DNA of 6,070 nucleotides from a virus, in the IMG/VR virus record IMGVR_UViG_3300045988_014614, positions 1 through 6,070 of that record. One strand, given 5' to 3'. The position numbers and the translations under genes were made by a program. This document shows positions 4,696 to 6,070 of this stretch, one piece after another. The notes beneath the pieces are model-generated. The model was not told where the DNA came from. It did not search any database and saw only the letters and a program-made list of their open reading frames with translations. How positions within the stretch are numbered: the first letter of the stretch is position 1; every line of letters starts with the position of its first letter.

Positions 4696-4845
4696 TACAG
4701 GGTTCTAGGGCGTTGCCCTAGAGCGTTAGCACCTTGATATCGCCAAAGGCGCATACCACGACCTTTAGGTCGGGTACACGCCTGTCCTTAATTAGGTTTT
4801 GTAGGTAGCTGTCTTTCTGTCCTTCTCGACCTTCGCCACCCTGTA
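4696..4845 (-). other. G+C-rich structured non-coding island (candidate replication origin / second-strand priming signal, or structured RNA)
   Basis: An 8-bp closing stem TACAGGGT (4696-4703) / ACCCTGTA (4838-4845) encloses two hairpins. Hairpin A is 4704-4722: TCTAGGGC-GTT-GCCCTAGA, 8 bp. Hairpin C is 4747-4783: 16 bp in minus sense, with one bulged base and two G.U pairs. A competing mini-hairpin is CGCC-AAA-GGCG (4741-4751). G+C is 87 of 165 for 4681-4845 against 14 of 60 for 4621-4680 (hand counts). The ORF track shows no ORF here. Confidence 0.6.
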
Positions 4846-4848
4846 AAA

Positions 4849-5889
4849 TTAAAAAGGGCAATAATCTGCCGATAAGTATTGATACCTAATATCTTCTTCT
4901 TCTTTTCTGATCTGCCTTCGTTTTGCTTTCTTTCTGTTTGTCAAATTTTGTAGCTTATTCATTTGATTGATCGCTTTTTTTCTTTCAATTTCTTCGATGT
5001 CATCACCGTGTAAGCTAATTCCGTTTTCATTTTTTTCTTTGAGTAATCTTTCGTAGTAATCTTTGTTCACTGTGTTAGCCCCTATTACTTCGAATCCTTT
5101 TACCCATTTTACGCCTTTATCTTCAGCGTATAGCCATAATAGTTGTCTCTGTTCCTCTGTATATATGGTTGTTTTGTAGTATCTTGGTAATGGTAGATCT
5201 TGTCCGTTATGTGCTTTATATGTAATAATTGTTTTTTCCTTATTCCATCTGTGTTTCAATTGGTTTCTTTTTGCATAATTTGCTCCAAGCCCTTTACTGC
5301 ATAGAACTATTGATATATAATCAGGATTGTCTTCATCTTTTTTTGTCATGTATTTTGATATATAGTTTATTGTTCTTTCGTTGACATAACGTCCATAGTA
5401 TTTGTATCCGTCTATCCAGTTTTCATATAATAGTTTTGTTAATTGCCATTTTGTTTGATCTTCTCTTGCGTAAAATATTCCGTGTAAATGTATTCTTCTT
5501 GTGTTGATGTGTCCTTTTTCAGTTACACACCAATGTTTTACCGATTTTCCTGTTTCTTTTCTGATTCTTTCTAGGAATAATCTGTGTATTTTTGTAATTA
5601 TCTCGTTATCTTGTGATCCATCATTTTTAAAACCATATTTTTTACAGATATATTCATATCTTTGTGGAGATACTGTTCCTGTAAAATACACTGCATGAGG
5701 TGTCTCTTTCAGTTGTTCGTAGTTTCTGATTCTCCATTCTCTTCTCTTTTTTTTACGACACTCGAAACAGTGTCCGCATTCTACCTCTACGTATCTGAAT
5801 CTCTCGTCTGTACACACAGGCGGATTCCACCTATTTTTCCGATTAGGCAGAAACCGCTTGTTTAATACTTGTTTTGCGAAGTAACACAT
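4849..5889 (-). CDS. VP4: Rolling-circle replication initiation protein (HUH endonuclease; Microviridae VP4 / phiX174 gpA-like)
   Basis: The 346-aa ORF has a Cys-rich N-terminus (C26, C38-x2-C41-x2-C44) and motif 1 FTGTV (aa 69-73). The HUH motif HLHGIFY has HLH at 5482-5490. The double-tyrosine catalytic motif YISKY (5350-5364) has the same Y-x3-Y spacing as phiX174 gpA. The ATG at 5887-5889 is 1 nt after the VP2 stop. Confidence 0.93.
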   Translation of the reverse strand: MCYFAKQVLNKRFLPNRKNRWNPPVCTDERFRYVEVECGHCFECRKKKRREWRIRNYEQLKETPHAVYFTGTVSPQRYEYICKKYGFKNDGSQDNEIITKIHRLFLERIRKETGKSVKHWCVTEKGHINTRRIHLHGIFYAREDQTKWQLTKLLYENWIDGYKYYGRYVNERTINYISKYMTKKDEDNPDYISIVLCSKGLGANYAKRNQLKHRWNKEKTIITYKAHNGQDLPLPRYYKTTIYTEEQRQLLWLYAEDKGVKWVKGFEVIGANTVNKDYYERLLKEKNENGISLHGDDIEEIERKKAINQMNKLQNLTNRKKAKRRQIRKEEEDIRYQYLSADYCPF

Positions 5890-5890
5890 A

Positions 5891-6070
5891 TTACTTGTTT
5901 GGTTTTCTGATTACTTTTTCGAGTCTCTTGAGTAAAGATTGTGCTTGTTTGAACTTGCTTATAGATTCTATGATCTCTGATAACTGATTGATTCCTCCGA
6001 AGATCCATTCTCTAAGGTTTTTTTGGTTTTCGTTGTCTAGATGTCCTTTTCCGAGTTCATAGTCTTTTGC
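5891..6070 (-). CDS. VP2: DNA pilot / minor capsid protein VP2, C-terminal part (non-redundant portion 5891-6015; 6016-6070 duplicates 1-55)
   Basis: The frame of the 1-952 ORF carries through the overlap: ...AKDYELGKGHLDNENQKNLREWIFGGINQLSEIIESISKFKQAQSLLKRLEKVIRKPNK, then TAA at 5891-5893. There is no start codon in this edge fragment, which is why the ORF track omits it. Confidence 0.85.
   Translation of the reverse strand, partial: AKDYELGKGHLDNENQKNLREWIFGGINQLSEIIESISKFKQAQSLLKRLEKVIRKPNK
6016..6070. repeat. Terminal direct repeat, right copy (assembly overlap of a circular genome)
   Basis: Identical to 1-55. Confidence 0.95.

Noticed and set aside
4681-4848. A known self-cleaving ribozyme or a tRNA inside the GC-rich island.
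   Set aside because: Neither strand has a hammerhead core (CUGANGA ... GAAA), and I could not place twister-like conserved blocks. The 150-nt domain closed by an 8-bp stem is too large and wrongly partitioned for a tRNA cloverleaf. This was a by-eye check only, and an Infernal/Rfam scan is needed.
112-5865. All plus-strand ORFs in the track (112-636, 264-497, 816-1019, 1302-1487, 1729-1917, 2253-2510, 2901-3275, 4002-4199, 4153-4359, 5501-5698, 5662-5865).
   Set aside because: Each lies antisense to a longer, well-supported minus-strand gene. Their L/F/S/C/V-rich low-complexity translations are typical shadow ORFs opposite purine-rich coding sequence, and at least 112-636 starts with TTG. 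Microviruses transcribe a single strand.
6016-6070. The 55-nt terminal repeat as a genuine direct terminal repeat of a linear phage, or as a mobile-element boundary.
   Set aside because: The repeat lies inside a coding sequence that reads in frame across the junction, and the gene content is that of a circular ssDNA microvirus. An assembly overlap is the simplest explanation.

Overview
This window is one complete circular genome of a small ssDNA phage of the family Microviridae, shown antisense: every convincing gene is on the minus strand. Positions 1-55 repeat exactly at 6016-6070, the signature of a circular contig opened with an assembly overlap, so the unit length is 6015 nt. Minus-strand gene order is: five small ORFan genes (78, 70, 88, 66, 77 aa) > major capsid protein VP1/F-like (658 aa) > 112-aa protein > 163-nt structured intergenic region IG1 (953-1115) > DNA-pilot/minor capsid protein VP2/H-like (358 aa) > HUH rolling-circle replication initiator VP4/A-like (346 aa) > 296-nt intergenic region IG2 (4553-4848). 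Genes are separated by 1-5 nt or overlap. The VP2 gene crosses the artificial window junction, so it is missing from the supplied ORF track; I recovered it by hand translation. I see no integrase, transposase, tRNA, rRNA or CRISPR. Genome size, a long VP1, AT-richness and mostly Shine-Dalgarno-less starts fit Bacteroidales-associated (Alpavirinae-type) microviruses, but that assignment is inference only. Four things are not explained by ordinary annotation. (i) A ~150-nt G+C-rich, highly structured non-coding island lies downstream of rep, closed by an 8-bp stem and full of alternative pairings and short iterated words. (ii) IG1 holds a dif-like sequence plus nested hairpins. (iii) A perfect 14-bp palindrome sits in front of the small-gene cassette. 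(iv) The five-gene ORFan cassette includes a 66-aa membrane/lipoprotein-like candidate lysis or exclusion protein.
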